Notes under the pieces: generated by a model
What the model was told of the DNA's origin: nothing
Databases searched by the model: none
What the model saw: only the letters and a program-made list of their open reading frames with translations
From: an uncultured virus (IMG/VR IMGVR_UViG_3300012274_000094)
Taxonomy: Duplodnaviria > Heunggongvirae > Uroviricota > Caudoviricetes
Virus record (IMG/VR): IMGVR_UViG_3300012274_000094
Span: 1 to 64,000 of that record
Length of the DNA: 64,000 bases
Reading direction: 5' to 3' (one strand)
Program-made: the position numbers and the translations under genes
Shown here: positions 18,409-28,402 of the stretch, piece after piece
Numbering within the stretch: the first letter of the stretch is position 1
How the letters are laid out: each line of letters starts with the position of its first letter

Positions 18409-20706
18409 ATGGCAGATTCAGATCACAATAATTCAGTTTTATCTTATGATGAGCTTGGCTTCATTATTGGTATGAAACGAGTTGAAAAAAAAGTTAGTAC
18501 GATTGATTTAAATATTGAAAAGATTATCGAAATTCTTACTCAAAGCTTTGAAGAGCAAAAAGCACAGTTTGCAAAGCCTCAGCCAAAACTGACTGAATTT
18601 CAAAAGATGCTTAATGCTGTCAATAATAGACCAGCTTTAGACTTTGAAGATTTATTAAAAGAAAAAACGAATCCTATCACGCAGTCTTTTGTTGTAGCCG
18701 ACAAGTTTGTGAAAGACTTTGCTGATGTATTAGAGCAATCAGTTAGTGACCTTAATTCAGCAAATAAAGAACAAATCAACCAACCTAAGGCACGAAAGCC
18801 AGCTATAGAAATTAATAGTCATGAAGATTTGGATAAGATTGTAAGCTCAACCACACCAGAACGTGATGAGAAAGGGCGTTTTGTATCAAACAATAATGAT
18901 GCTCAAAACCAATCATCAATTAGAAAGGTTGCCCAAAAGATTACAACGGCGATTAAAGGAATAATGCCGAACTCACCACAAGGTGTAGATCCCACCGTTG
19001 ATGCTATCAATGAAGTTGGTCACTTACTTTCACCTGTACGCCGTGCTGCGGGTTTAGCCTTGCGGCCATTAACTGGATTGATGCGTAGTAAAAAGCGAAA
19101 TGAGCCATTACCTCGTGAACAAGAGAACCATAACCGCAAACAAATAAAGTTATTGCAGCGTATTGCCGATAATTTAGCGTCTAAAGGTGGTTTGTTAGGT
19201 TCCCTAGGGAAATTACTTACTTCCGCTTTATCTGCTGGTGGCGGGCTGCTAGGAGGTGTTCTAGGCAAAGGAAAGAAAGGTGTAGGTAAATTAGGAAAGG
19301 GCTTGGGTAAACTTCTCAAGTTTGGCCGTGGTCTACCCGTAATTGGTGCATTAGCTGCTGGTGCATCATTGTTAGATTGGAATGAACAAAGCACACAAGA
19401 AAAGGGTGGTACGGTTGGTAGTCTTGCTGGGGGTGTGATCGGTGGTACGGTGGGATCATTATTTGGCCCAGCTGGTACTTTGATTGGTGGTATGGCTGGA
19501 TCTTGGATAGGTAATAAGCTTGGTACCGCAGTTGCGCCGTATTTTAAAGAGTGGACAGATTCATTAATAGCTGCAGATGTACCAGGTATTATTAATACTG
19601 CATGGAAAGGATTTGTTAGTTATGCATCTAATGCTTTTGATCAAGCAAAAGGTACAACTTCAAAAGTTGTGGAAGGTGTCAAAGATACTGCAGGTGATAC
19701 ATTAGATTTCATCAAAGATAAATTTAACCGGTTTAATCCATTTCATGACGGCGTTCCAACGTGGGGAGTAGGCCAAGGAGTTTACAAGCCGGGCTTTGGG
19801 GCAAACAAAAATGTTCCTGCTTATGGAGCTGCAAGTGGTGGTAAGGGCGGTAAATTCAATGGTTTTGGAGTTGATATTGATCAATATATTAAGGAGTCAT
19901 CACAACGTTATGGTATTGATGAAAAAACCTTACGTGGTTTCGTTAAAATTGAGGATGGTTGGAGCGGTAAAATGTCGCCAACAGGTGCAATTGGTACAGG
20001 GCAATTTACTCAAGGTACATGGGATGATTTAGCTAAGACAAAAGAAGGACAAGCTATAGGTATGTCTAAAATTGGTAATCGCTTCCGTACCAAAAATGAT
20101 CCAAGGTTTGATAAACGAGTTAATACTCTTGCTACAGGTCTATTAGCCAAACAAAATGCTGAAAGATTGAAGAAAGCAGGCTTAGAGGTTACTGGTGAAA
20201 ACTTATATATGCTTCATAATATTGGTCCTGGTGTAATACCAGCATTACAAGGACGCAATTCGGTAAGTGCTAAAACCATAGAAGCTATGCGTAATAATGG
20301 TATGCAGTCAAATGAATCACCAGTAGCTTTTGCTCAACGGCAGAAAAACAAATTTCAACAGCACTATAATTTAGCTAATTCTGTGTCTGTAGAAGCTAAA
20401 ACTGTTTCAAAAAAAGAATCAAAACCACCTGAAAATATTTTTAATGAAACACGCGCAAATATGAAACAGGCTTTTGCTACCAAAACTGCCGTAATTCCAA
20501 GGGCAGAGCATGTAGTAGCAGCCTCAACTACTAAAAATCAATTTGTCACATCTGTACCATCCTTTAAACAGCCGCTTAATACTCCTAATCCTCAGGAAGT
20601 TGTTGTTGTAAATCAGAATAATGGTAACATCGGCCAGAATGTTAATGATCGTTTCCTTGCACATGCACTTACTGGTGGCATTGGAATGTATAAGAATGAG
20701 GCTTAA
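18409..20706 (+). CDS. Tape-measure / structural lytic transglycosylase (P1 Sit-like)
   Basis: Gly-rich hydrophobic middle; SLT motifs KIED, GAIGTGQF..TW, YMLHNIGPG. Confidence 0.75.
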   Translation: MADSDHNNSVLSYDELGFIIGMKRVEKKVSTIDLNIEKIIEILTQSFEEQKAQFAKPQPKLTEFQKMLNAVNNRPALDFEDLLKEKTNPITQSFVVADKFVKDFADVLEQSVSDLNSANKEQINQPKARKPAIEINSHEDLDKIVSSTTPERDEKGRFVSNNNDAQNQSSIRKVAQKITTAIKGIMPNSPQGVDPTVDAINEVGHLLSPVRRAAGLALRPLTGLMRSKKRNEPLPREQENHNRKQIKLLQRIADNLASKGGLLGSLGKLLTSALSAGGGLLGGVLGKGKKGVGKLGKGLGKLLKFGRGLPVIGALAAGASLLDWNEQSTQEKGGTVGSLAGGVIGGTVGSLFGPAGTLIGGMAGSWIGNKLGTAVAPYFKEWTDSLIAADVPGIINTAWKGFVSYASNAFDQAKGTTSKVVEGVKDTAGDTLDFIKDKFNRFNPFHDGVPTWGVGQGVYKPGFGANKNVPAYGAASGGKGGKFNGFGVDIDQYIKESSQRYGIDEKTLRGFVKIEDGWSGKMSPTGAIGTGQFTQGTWDDLAKTKEGQAIGMSKIGNRFRTKNDPRFDKRVNTLATGLLAKQNAERLKKAGLEVTGENLYMLHNIGPGVIPALQGRNSVSAKTIEAMRNNGMQSNESPVAFAQRQKNKFQQHYNLANSVSVEAKTVSKKESKPPENIFNETRANMKQAFATKTAVIPRAEHVVAASTTKNQFVTSVPSFKQPLNTPNPQEVVVVNQNNGNIGQNVNDRFLAHALTGGIGMYKNEA

Positions 20707-21227
20707 TGATGAAAAGACTTTTAATAATTATTGCTACTAGCATGATGTTAACTGCGGTAAATGCGAACCCACTTACTGAATTTCCCAAAAATGGACAAGA
20801 AGCAAATTATCTTGCTAATTGCTCAGCACATATTAATGAATTTTTAGTAGTTGATCGGAAGCTCGGAACAGGAGTAGTAGGGTCAAGAACGACAAAGAAT
20901 GCATTAGAAAATGTATTTGCATTTGGTTTTACTTCTATTGCTTTTTCTGACCAAAATGCATATTTATCTAATTATGAAAAGGCTTTATCAAATATTAAAA
21001 ATAAAGAACAAGAATATTTATATGGAGGTACTGCAAATGTTGGGAAGTACACTGATTACTTATCTCAGAATGTGATGAAATGTGTTCCTGCATCGAAAAA
21101 AATTCTTGAATCAAAAGAAAATGAACTTACTAAATTCATGCAAATTATGAAAAAAGAAGAAAATAATTCACTCTTAAAGAGTATGCAGGAAACAGTTAAA
21201 AGAACTAATCAAGCCCATACGAATTAA
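20706..21227 (+). CDS. Secreted/periplasmic hypothetical protein
   Basis: Signal peptide MMKRLLIIIATSMMLTAVNA; two Cys. Confidence 0.65.
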   Translation: MMKRLLIIIATSMMLTAVNANPLTEFPKNGQEANYLANCSAHINEFLVVDRKLGTGVVGSRTTKNALENVFAFGFTSIAFSDQNAYLSNYEKALSNIKNKEQEYLYGGTANVGKYTDYLSQNVMKCVPASKKILESKENELTKFMQIMKKEENNSLLKSMQETVKRTNQAHTN

Positions 21228-21245
21228 AACTTAAATGTGTAAAGG

Positions 21246-21275
21246 AAAGGGATTGAACCATTCAATCCCTTTTTT
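21246..21275. terminator. Bidirectional terminator
   Basis: AAAGGGATTGAA/TTCAATCCCTTT between convergent genes. Confidence 0.75.
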
Positions 21276-21277
21276 AT

Positions 21278-22033
21278 TTAAGAACGGTACATATCTAAGT
21301 ACTTTTCTTCTGAGATGTTACATAACAACTTAAAGAAATTCTTTCTTGAATCCGAAGTTAGTTTTTCACGAGGTAAAGGTAATAATTGATCAACTGCACC
21401 AACTGGACCCCAACTGGCTGTAAATGGAACAGAGATATTAATGAAATATGCTTTGTCAGAACTTACTGCAGCATCTAATATTTCTTGTACTTCTCTATAT
21501 CTTGGATACCTTTGAGCAGTTAAAAATAATCCATCAAAAATTACATAAGCATTGAATTCTTGCAATTCAACTAACAATATTGCTCCCATTAAAGGAAGAT
21601 TTGTTTCAGGTCCATCATCTCGGCTAAACCCAGGTTCTGGTGTTTTTTTAGTAGCAAAAAGAAGAACCTGAATGCATTCAGGCATATTGATATAATCTAA
21701 AAGATAAGAACAATTCTGTGTTGTATTTCCATGACTTCCTCTTACAGCTAGATAATTATCTTGTTCATGAAAAGCTGCATTCTGGGTATGAGTATGTGGT
21801 AAAAATTTACGTAAAGCTAATTCTAAAACTTTCCTCTGATTAGATAACTTTGATAAATCAGAGACATAACCTTCAGCAATAAAACCTTTTTCCATTAGGT
21901 CGAGCATAGCCGTATTCAAAGAAAGATTATTCTTCTCTGCGTATTCAACGATAGCATCATATTGATCTTGTGGAATGCGTATCTGTGTACGCTTCCATTC
22001 ATCCTGATTTTGTATTCGCTTTTTTTCAAACAT
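21278..22033 (-). CDS. Arc/Mnt-like RHH repressor fused to an unknown C-terminal domain
   Basis: KRTQIRIPQDQYDAIVEYAEKNNLSLNTAMLDLMEKG. Confidence 0.7.
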   Translation of the reverse strand: MFEKKRIQNQDEWKRTQIRIPQDQYDAIVEYAEKNNLSLNTAMLDLMEKGFIAEGYVSDLSKLSNQRKVLELALRKFLPHTHTQNAAFHEQDNYLAVRGSHGNTTQNCSYLLDYINMPECIQVLLFATKKTPEPGFSRDDGPETNLPLMGAILLVELQEFNAYVIFDGLFLTAQRYPRYREVQEILDAAVSSDKAYFINISVPFTASWGPVGAVDQLLPLPREKLTSDSRKNFFKLLCNISEEKYLDMYRS

Positions 22034-22054
22034 GGATATGACCAAAACTAAACG

Positions 22055-22149
22055 TTGACACTAGATTAGTGATACATTTGATTATTGTCAATGTTACTAA
22101 ATTAGTGACATAAAAAAGCCCCGAGTAATCTTGCCGGATCTCGGGGCTT
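22055..22149. promoter_or_regulatory. Divergent promoters, two palindromic operators and leader hairpin (immI-like)
   Basis: CACTA-gat-TAGTG 22059-71; ATGTTACTAA-A-TTAGTGACAT 22091-111; leftward TTGACA-17-TAATCT; hairpin 22116-149. Confidence 0.6.
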
Positions 22150-22180
22150 CCATCAACAACCGTTTCGAAAGGATATTGAT

Positions 22181-23083
22181 ATGTCTAATTTATCATATAT
22201 ACCGCAAATTGTGTCGTTTCATGGCACTGAACTCTTCATTGTTGAACATGAAGGTCAACCTTATACCCCAATGAAACCTATTGTTGAAGGAATGGGGATG
22301 GATTGGGCATCCCAATTTGTAAAATTAAAACAAAGATTTGCAAAAGGTATTGTGGAAATCACAATACCTTCAAATGGTGGGTTACAAACCATGATTTGCT
22401 TATTGTTGCGTAAACTTCCCGCATGGCTCTATTCAATAATGCCAGGTAAAGTTAAACCTGAGATTCGTGACACAGTAATCATGTATCAACAAGAATGCGA
22501 TGATGTTTTATGGGACTATTGGACCAATGGACAGGCAATCAACAAGCGCTTTACCATTTCTCCAGAAGAGCAAAATGCACTACATGCAATTGTAGACCGC
22601 CGTGCAGGAAGGGATCGAAGTTTAAGAGCTTCAATGTGGATACGACATAATCGCCACTTTAATATTTCAAAATATAGTCAATTACTTTCAATCCACTTTG
22701 ATGATGCGAAAAAGTACCTTGAGATGTTGCCGTTACAAGAGCTTGTCCCAGCTGAAACAGATACACTACAACGCTTAGAAAAATTTGTAGATAATCTCGC
22801 AGCGCGTTATCCAGCTTTAGAAAGCCCTATTGCTTATGAAATCGCTCAGCAAGTTGGTGAAAAACTGAAATATCAAAAACCTTATGGTCCGAAAAACTTC
22901 TGGATATCGATTCAAGAAAACGGCGCTCTTTCAGTACAGCAATATTGTCTACACCACACACCTGTTAATGTTGTGCAATTGCGTGAAAAGTTTAATGGCT
23001 TATGGGAATTTTTACATAAAGATGAGGTGCTTGAGCTTGGTAAAGTATTAAAACGCTTTCCTTTTGAACCTGTGAGAGCATAA
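22181..23083 (+). CDS. ant: Phage antirepressor (P22 Ant N-terminal family)
   Basis: VSFHGTEL..PYTPMKPIVEGMGMDW..YQQECDDVLWDYW. Confidence 0.88.
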   Translation: MSNLSYIPQIVSFHGTELFIVEHEGQPYTPMKPIVEGMGMDWASQFVKLKQRFAKGIVEITIPSNGGLQTMICLLLRKLPAWLYSIMPGKVKPEIRDTVIMYQQECDDVLWDYWTNGQAINKRFTISPEEQNALHAIVDRRAGRDRSLRASMWIRHNRHFNISKYSQLLSIHFDDAKKYLEMLPLQELVPAETDTLQRLEKFVDNLAARYPALESPIAYEIAQQVGEKLKYQKPYGPKNFWISIQENGALSVQQYCLHHTPVNVVQLREKFNGLWEFLHKDEVLELGKVLKRFPFEPVRA

Positions 23084-23278
23084 GGGCTTATAAATATTTT
23101 AAGATGTTCTTTAATAGAACTCCCCACTAAAAAGAAAGCTAGTATGAAAAATCTAGCTTTCTAAGCTTAATCTTAATTCAGCAGAATGTATTTATTTTTT
23201 AATTGGATTATTTAAAAATTAGAAAAATTGGAATAAAATTCAGCCTGTTAATTAGACTTGTTTAATAATGGCATTTTT

Positions 23279-25561
23279 ATGAATACTAATGATCAAAAGA
23301 AAATAATCAATTGGATTAAGAATGAAAAGTTCTCACATCTAAATTTTTTAGAAGAAGAATGGAATACTTCAGATAATGATCACTATCCTGGATATTATTA
23401 TTTTATACTTGATATGAAAAATGATAATAATGAATTTGTTTTTGATGAAATAGTTAAAAGAAAAGGATCGGAGGCAGAAGCTTATTTTTATCTTGGTTGT
23501 GTCGCAGGAAAAATATTTGATTATAATAAATCTAAACATATCGAATTGGGATTTTATCGAAAGGCTTTATTGATAGACAGCAACCATGCTGATGCAAACT
23601 GGAGTGTCTTTTATTATACAAATAAAATTGATCATTTGCTAAAGTGCTTAAACTATTTTTATAAGAATGATGAAATCCAAAAAATTAAGAATGTATTAAA
23701 TAATATATATGATCTAGATGGTTTAGAAGAGCTGAGTAGAGATGAATTGTTATTTTTAAAAAAAATAATAAATCATAGTGAACTTAGAGGGAATCGAAAT
23801 ATTGATAGGATACTAATTGATTTATGTTTTTGCTTGGGTGATTTAGAAGAAGGATTGGAAATTATTAGCAATATAGATAAAGTAAATTATAGAATAATTA
23901 AAAAGTATGTTGATAAAAATCTAATTTCTTTAGATGACTCTCTTCTGAAAATAAATAGTTTTGAGTTGAGTAAAATAAAAAATTGTGACAAAAATAAAAT
24001 CTATGAAGTTTATTTAAATGAAGCGAAAGCTGGAGGGCCGAACCCTACAAGTGATGTGTTGATCCAAAAGGCATACGAAGCAAAACAATATAATGATGTT
24101 GTTTCTATTTTTGAAAAAGCTAACAAGGAAGATAAATTAATAGCAATAATTGATTCACATTTATATTATCTATTATCACAAATAGAGTTAGATAATGAAT
24201 GTAATAAACAGATATATGAATATGTTGTAAATAAATTTAATGATTTAACCTTTATTAAAAATGATAAAAATTCTTATTTTTTATTTTTAAAATTAAGATT
24301 TAAACTTATATGTAAGGATCTTGAAAAAAAAGTTGAAGAAAATTATTTTTCGAATTTTTCAATTGAAAATTATTCAATTCTTAAAGAAGCAGAAGAAATA
24401 TTAAAAAAAGATGAAATTGTAAATAATAAAAGTTACACGGAACTAAAAGGAAGATTAAATAATATTAAAGATAAATACTATAAAGAGAAATCAGAAGAGA
24501 AATTAAAAGAGTATGGTGACACTTTATCCTTAGAAGAATTTGAACTTTCTGAATTTAATGAATATTGCTATGTAAGTATTTCATGTGGGAATTATGAAAA
24601 TACAATTGAAAATATTAATAAATTTCATAAATACAATAGACCCACAATGAGTACTTTAAACTCGTTAGCAATTTGTTATATGCATATTAATGATTATAAA
24701 ACCGCTTTTAAATATTCTAGTGAAGCTTTGGAATGTATGAGAGCTTCTAAAGAGTATGACTATATTATCATTAATAATTATCTGGATTTATATAAGAAGG
24801 CTGTTTGTGAAGATTTTTCAAAAGAAGAATATAATAAACTTGTAAATGAATTTAATCTGGGTTTGGTGAAAAGTTTTACTTGGCATAATTTTATTTCTAC
24901 TAGATTTAATATCTTATATAAATATTCCCCATTTAATGTTAATACCATCGATGCTTTAACAAATCAATATTTCTTCTTGCCAAGTAAGAGATTATTAAAT
25001 GATCCGATTGAATTACCAGAATTAAGTAAAATACGACCAGATACTCATATACTTGAAAATTACAATATATGTTCATTTTCTAATAACGAGAATTCGATGT
25101 TAATGTGGTCACATTATGCTCAACAACATCAAGGGATTATGGTTGAATATTTCTTTGGAGGGGAATTGCCTTTTGGGTATGGAATTAGTAAGGTTGACTA
25201 TGTCGATGATAAAAAAAGATATAAAGATAAAGATGAGTTTATATTCAATCAGTTTCTTTTAACTAAAAATAAAGATTGGTCTTATGAAAATGAAGTTCGT
25301 CTTTTTACATTTTTGAATAATAAAGTTGAATTTGAAAATTATAAATATCCTAACCCCGACAGGACAAAGATTAATGCATCTATTAAGAGTATTACATTAG
25401 GATTAAACTTCCCTGAGGATAAAAAGAAATTAATTGGAATAATTGTGAATACTCTAAATAACAAAAAGCTACCTCATGAATCTAAAATTTCAATTAAACA
25501 AGCTTTTTTATGTGAAGATAATAGCTATGCTTTAGAGTATAGAGAACTATTTCTTGATTAA
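23279..25561 (+). CDS. TPR-like repeat + DUF2971-like protein (putative defence cargo)
   Basis: LYKY..LNDPIE..CSFS..LMWSHYA.QHQGI..KNKDWSYENEVR; very AT-rich. Confidence 0.75.
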   Translation: MNTNDQKKIINWIKNEKFSHLNFLEEEWNTSDNDHYPGYYYFILDMKNDNNEFVFDEIVKRKGSEAEAYFYLGCVAGKIFDYNKSKHIELGFYRKALLIDSNHADANWSVFYYTNKIDHLLKCLNYFYKNDEIQKIKNVLNNIYDLDGLEELSRDELLFLKKIINHSELRGNRNIDRILIDLCFCLGDLEEGLEIISNIDKVNYRIIKKYVDKNLISLDDSLLKINSFELSKIKNCDKNKIYEVYLNEAKAGGPNPTSDVLIQKAYEAKQYNDVVSIFEKANKEDKLIAIIDSHLYYLLSQIELDNECNKQIYEYVVNKFNDLTFIKNDKNSYFLFLKLRFKLICKDLEKKVEENYFSNFSIENYSILKEAEEILKKDEIVNNKSYTELKGRLNNIKDKYYKEKSEEKLKEYGDTLSLEEFELSEFNEYCYVSISCGNYENTIENINKFHKYNRPTMSTLNSLAICYMHINDYKTAFKYSSEALECMRASKEYDYIIINNYLDLYKKAVCEDFSKEEYNKLVNEFNLGLVKSFTWHNFISTRFNILYKYSPFNVNTIDALTNQYFFLPSKRLLNDPIELPELSKIRPDTHILENYNICSFSNNENSMLMWSHYAQQHQGIMVEYFFGGELPFGYGISKVDYVDDKKRYKDKDEFIFNQFLLTKNKDWSYENEVRLFTFLNNKVEFENYKYPNPDRTKINASIKSITLGLNFPEDKKKLIGIIVNTLNNKKLPHESKISIKQAFLCEDNSYALEYRELFLD

Positions 25562-25660
25562 TGTGTTTAAGGACCTTGTAGTTGTGAGGTTATTTTTCGT
25601 GGAAACTCTTAGTCTTACATTTTATTATTTACTGTTTTTATACTAAATTAACTTAAAATT

Positions 25661-25689
25661 AAAGCCAGCTAAGAAAGCTGGCTTTTTTT
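25661..25689. terminator. Terminator between convergent genes
   Basis: AAAGCCAGCT/AGCTGGCTTT + T-tract. Confidence 0.7.
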
Positions 25690-26105
25690 CACTTAACAAA
25701 ACCTTGTATAGCTTTGGACAGATTTTTAATAATTAATTCCCTTTCATAGCGAAAATCAAAAGTTTTAGGATTCTTTACATTAAGAACTTTCTGTTGAGCA
25801 AGCGTCAATGGGATCTTATCGTTCTTATTACTAACAAGAGAGTTATCGATATCAATTAACGTGTTTAATTCAGCAGTCCTTTGAATATTTAGCCATTGAA
25901 TTTGAACATTCATTTGAGGAAAAGTTGCATTGAAAAAGGGAGTAAATTTTTTAGTGGAAATTGATAAATCTTGACCTTTGTGTTTCCGAACAATTAAATC
26001 ATTTGTGTTACAGAGCAGGGTATCTGCATAAACCAAGTCATTGCCAAATTGTTGAATCTTATTTGGGTCAAGGTGAATCTCTTGACCTTCATAAACAAAA
26101 TACAT
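25689..26105 (-). CDS. Hypothetical protein
   Basis: 138-aa ORF, GGAAG RBS. Confidence 0.6.
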   Translation of the reverse strand: MYFVYEGQEIHLDPNKIQQFGNDLVYADTLLCNTNDLIVRKHKGQDLSISTKKFTPFFNATFPQMNVQIQWLNIQRTAELNTLIDIDNSLVSNKNDKIPLTLAQQKVLNVKNPKTFDFRYERELIIKNLSKAIQGFVK

Positions 26106-26234
26106 TTAAAACTTCCATATAAATAAATTAGTGATGTTTCAGCCATTCTTTGTCGCCTATTATTCAGTTGTATCATTTAATTAGATGATATGTGTAGTTA
26201 ATTTTTTAATAAGTGCAACGCTTTGAAACTTGGA

Positions 26235-26300
26235 TGGAACCTTTCTCATTTTGTTAGGTTAGGGAATATCAAAATAGCCTCATTGATAAGAGGTTATTTT
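26235..26300 (+). promoter_or_regulatory. Late-type promoter + RBS-occluding hairpin
   Basis: TGGAAC-N29-CAAAAT(26270); AAAATAGCCTC/GAGGTTATTTT. Confidence 0.7.
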
Positions 26301-26301
26301 C

Positions 26302-27618
26302 ATGGGCAGTCTTAATCTTGCAGCTGTAACAGCTACCACTCCATATATTAAAAAAATCCAATCTGCATTAGCAAAAGCAACAGGCCAAACTATCGTTACA
26401 CCAGAGTTTCGAAAAATTAAACGCGTTGCTGGTGTCAGTGTTTTACCAGTTACTTTTTTCTTTTCTGGTGGTGCAACACTTACGCTGTATGTTCGTGCTT
26501 TAGCAGATGTGGTCAAGGCAGAACTTAATGAAAAAGTGATTGTGCTATCAGGTGATTTTAGTGATGACTATAAGCCAACTTTTGATAATGCTGTTAATGG
26601 TGTAGCAAAGCTAATTCGTGAAGCACAATCACAGATTCAAGCACAAAACAAACGTGAAAAAGTGCGTCTTCCTCCACGCCGTACTTCAGTAGATCAAAAG
26701 GCTGTAGAGGTTGAAGAACAAGAGCAAAAGCTTGATGAAGAATTAGTAAAACAAACGGCGCAACGTGATCAACTTTTGGAAAAAATTGAACTAGCCAAAC
26801 AGCAGCTTGGTATCAATTCTATGACGGAGGCTGGTCAATCCGAATTGGGAAAGTCGATTAGTGAAATCGTATCAATTTCCACTGATTCCAGCGCAAATAT
26901 TTTCAAAGAAAATAGATTATCTAACATGTCTGATGTTGTAGAATCATCATCAGATAAGTCTATGATGTGGAAGAACATAGTGTCAAAGTATTTGGGAAGT
27001 GATCATCCACTTTCATTGGAAGAGCAGGAAAAAATTGTAGAAGAATGGATAAGCAGTAATGAATTAAGTATTCTAAAATACGACCTTTTAAATTCAGATG
27101 AGATTGTTAAAAAGTCAAAAAAATATGGTCTAACTTTACCAGAACAAATCGCAATTCGTTATTGGTCAGGATCAGGATTTGGGGGAATTAATGGTGTATT
27201 GCACCAATCAACCCCTTACTCAAAAGAACAAATTTTAATTGAATTAAAAGGTGTATCTCTATTACGTCAGGCATTAGATAAATTACCAAACTTCACAGAG
27301 GAAGTTGTTTTTTCAAGACAGCAATTACCAGAGAAATTGCTTGAATCGATGTTAAACTATGAGACTTATACAGCAGAAGGTTTTTTGTCTGCTAATGTAA
27401 GTTATGATATGTATTCTCATCGAAATATAAAATTAATTATTCAATCTAAAACCGGAAAACACATTGCATGGATTAGTGAGAATTGGGAAACAGAAGATGA
27501 AGTCTTGTTTAAAAATTCCACTTCGTTTAAAGTATTAAACATAGCTGATTCAACAACAGATGAAGCTATTGAAAAAGGTCATATTTGGTTCTATCTAGAG
27601 GAGGATGATAATGAATAA
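26302..27618 (+). CDS. hdf: Hdf/DarA-N-like head protein fused to an ADP-ribosyltransferase
   Basis: N-terminal Hdf-like fold + coiled coil; C-terminal IAIRYWS..GIN..L, VFSR, FLSAN, EDEVLF. Confidence 0.7.
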   Translation: MGSLNLAAVTATTPYIKKIQSALAKATGQTIVTPEFRKIKRVAGVSVLPVTFFFSGGATLTLYVRALADVVKAELNEKVIVLSGDFSDDYKPTFDNAVNGVAKLIREAQSQIQAQNKREKVRLPPRRTSVDQKAVEVEEQEQKLDEELVKQTAQRDQLLEKIELAKQQLGINSMTEAGQSELGKSISEIVSISTDSSANIFKENRLSNMSDVVESSSDKSMMWKNIVSKYLGSDHPLSLEEQEKIVEEWISSNELSILKYDLLNSDEIVKKSKKYGLTLPEQIAIRYWSGSGFGGINGVLHQSTPYSKEQILIELKGVSLLRQALDKLPNFTEEVVFSRQQLPEKLLESMLNYETYTAEGFLSANVSYDMYSHRNIKLIIQSKTGKHIAWISENWETEDEVLFKNSTSFKVLNIADSTTDEAIEKGHIWFYLEEDDNE

Positions 27619-27829
27619 AGTAATATTAAATATGCCTCTTGAGTTACAGGTAAAACGAGCAAAAGAAGCTGGTTTAACATTGCCAGAATGGCGAAAAGGT
27701 ATGGAAATTAAATTAGCGAAAATGCATCGTAGTGCTGTTAAATCAATGAGACCAACAGGTAAATTTGTTTCAGTTTCTCGTGCTGATGCTGAACGTTTCC
27801 AACGAAAAATGGATTCAGCAATTGCATAG
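27605..27829 (+). CDS. Small basic protein overlapping the ART gene end
   Basis: GAGGAGG RBS; followed by terminator. Confidence 0.6.
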   Translation: MIMNKVILNMPLELQVKRAKEAGLTLPEWRKGMEIKLAKMHRSAVKSMRPTGKFVSVSRADAERFQRKMDSAIA

Positions 27830-27949
27830 ATTGCTTCAAGAATATTCTTTAAAAAAGGCTGCTTAATTGCAGTCTTTTTTATTGGAAGTTGAATTAGTTT
27901 GTTCGAATAAATTAGGGAAAAATGAGTTAGAGATTTTTAAAATTAATAG

Positions 27950-27972
27950 ACTGCTAGATAGCGGTTTTTTTT
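27950..27972 (+). terminator. Intrinsic terminator
   Basis: ACTGCTA/TAGCGGT + T-tract. Confidence 0.55.
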
Positions 27973-27976
27973 GTTT

Positions 27977-28042
27977 TGGAACCTTATAAATATCGAGAAG
28001 GTTCAAACAACTACTCTTATAAAAATCCAAATTAAGGGTAGT
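27977..28042 (+). promoter_or_regulatory. Late-type promoter + hairpin
   Basis: TGGAAC-N29-TACTCT(28012); CTACTCTTA/TAAGGGTAG. Confidence 0.7.
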
Positions 28043-28045
28043 ACC

Positions 28046-28402
28046 ATGCAAATTCAAATCGGTATAGATATTGTCTTAATTCTTGCATTTTCTGCGTATC
28101 TTTATTTCATAACAGGGTGGAATGGCAAAAATAAAGCGGCATCAATAAAACAATTTCGGCAAATTCCAATTAACCTTTTATTTAAAGAAATAAGATGGAT
28201 GTACTTCATATGCATGGCATGCGTATTGATCACAATTATTTTAGTTGATTGGCGGATCTATTACGTTGCTTATTACTTTGATGCATTAAGCGTTTCGCTT
28301 TGGATCTTTCTTATCTATTTTACTATTTTTTCTACTTATCAAATTGGCACTGCAATTTTACTAAAGCTTTTGACTATTTTTAGCAATAGAGCAACTTCCT
28401 AA
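28046..28402 (+). CDS. Three-TM membrane protein
   Basis: Three hydrophobic helices; ATG 28046. Confidence 0.6.
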   Translation: MQIQIGIDIVLILAFSAYLYFITGWNGKNKAASIKQFRQIPINLLFKEIRWMYFICMACVLITIILVDWRIYYVAYYFDALSVSLWIFLIYFTIFSTYQIGTAILLKLLTIFSNRATS

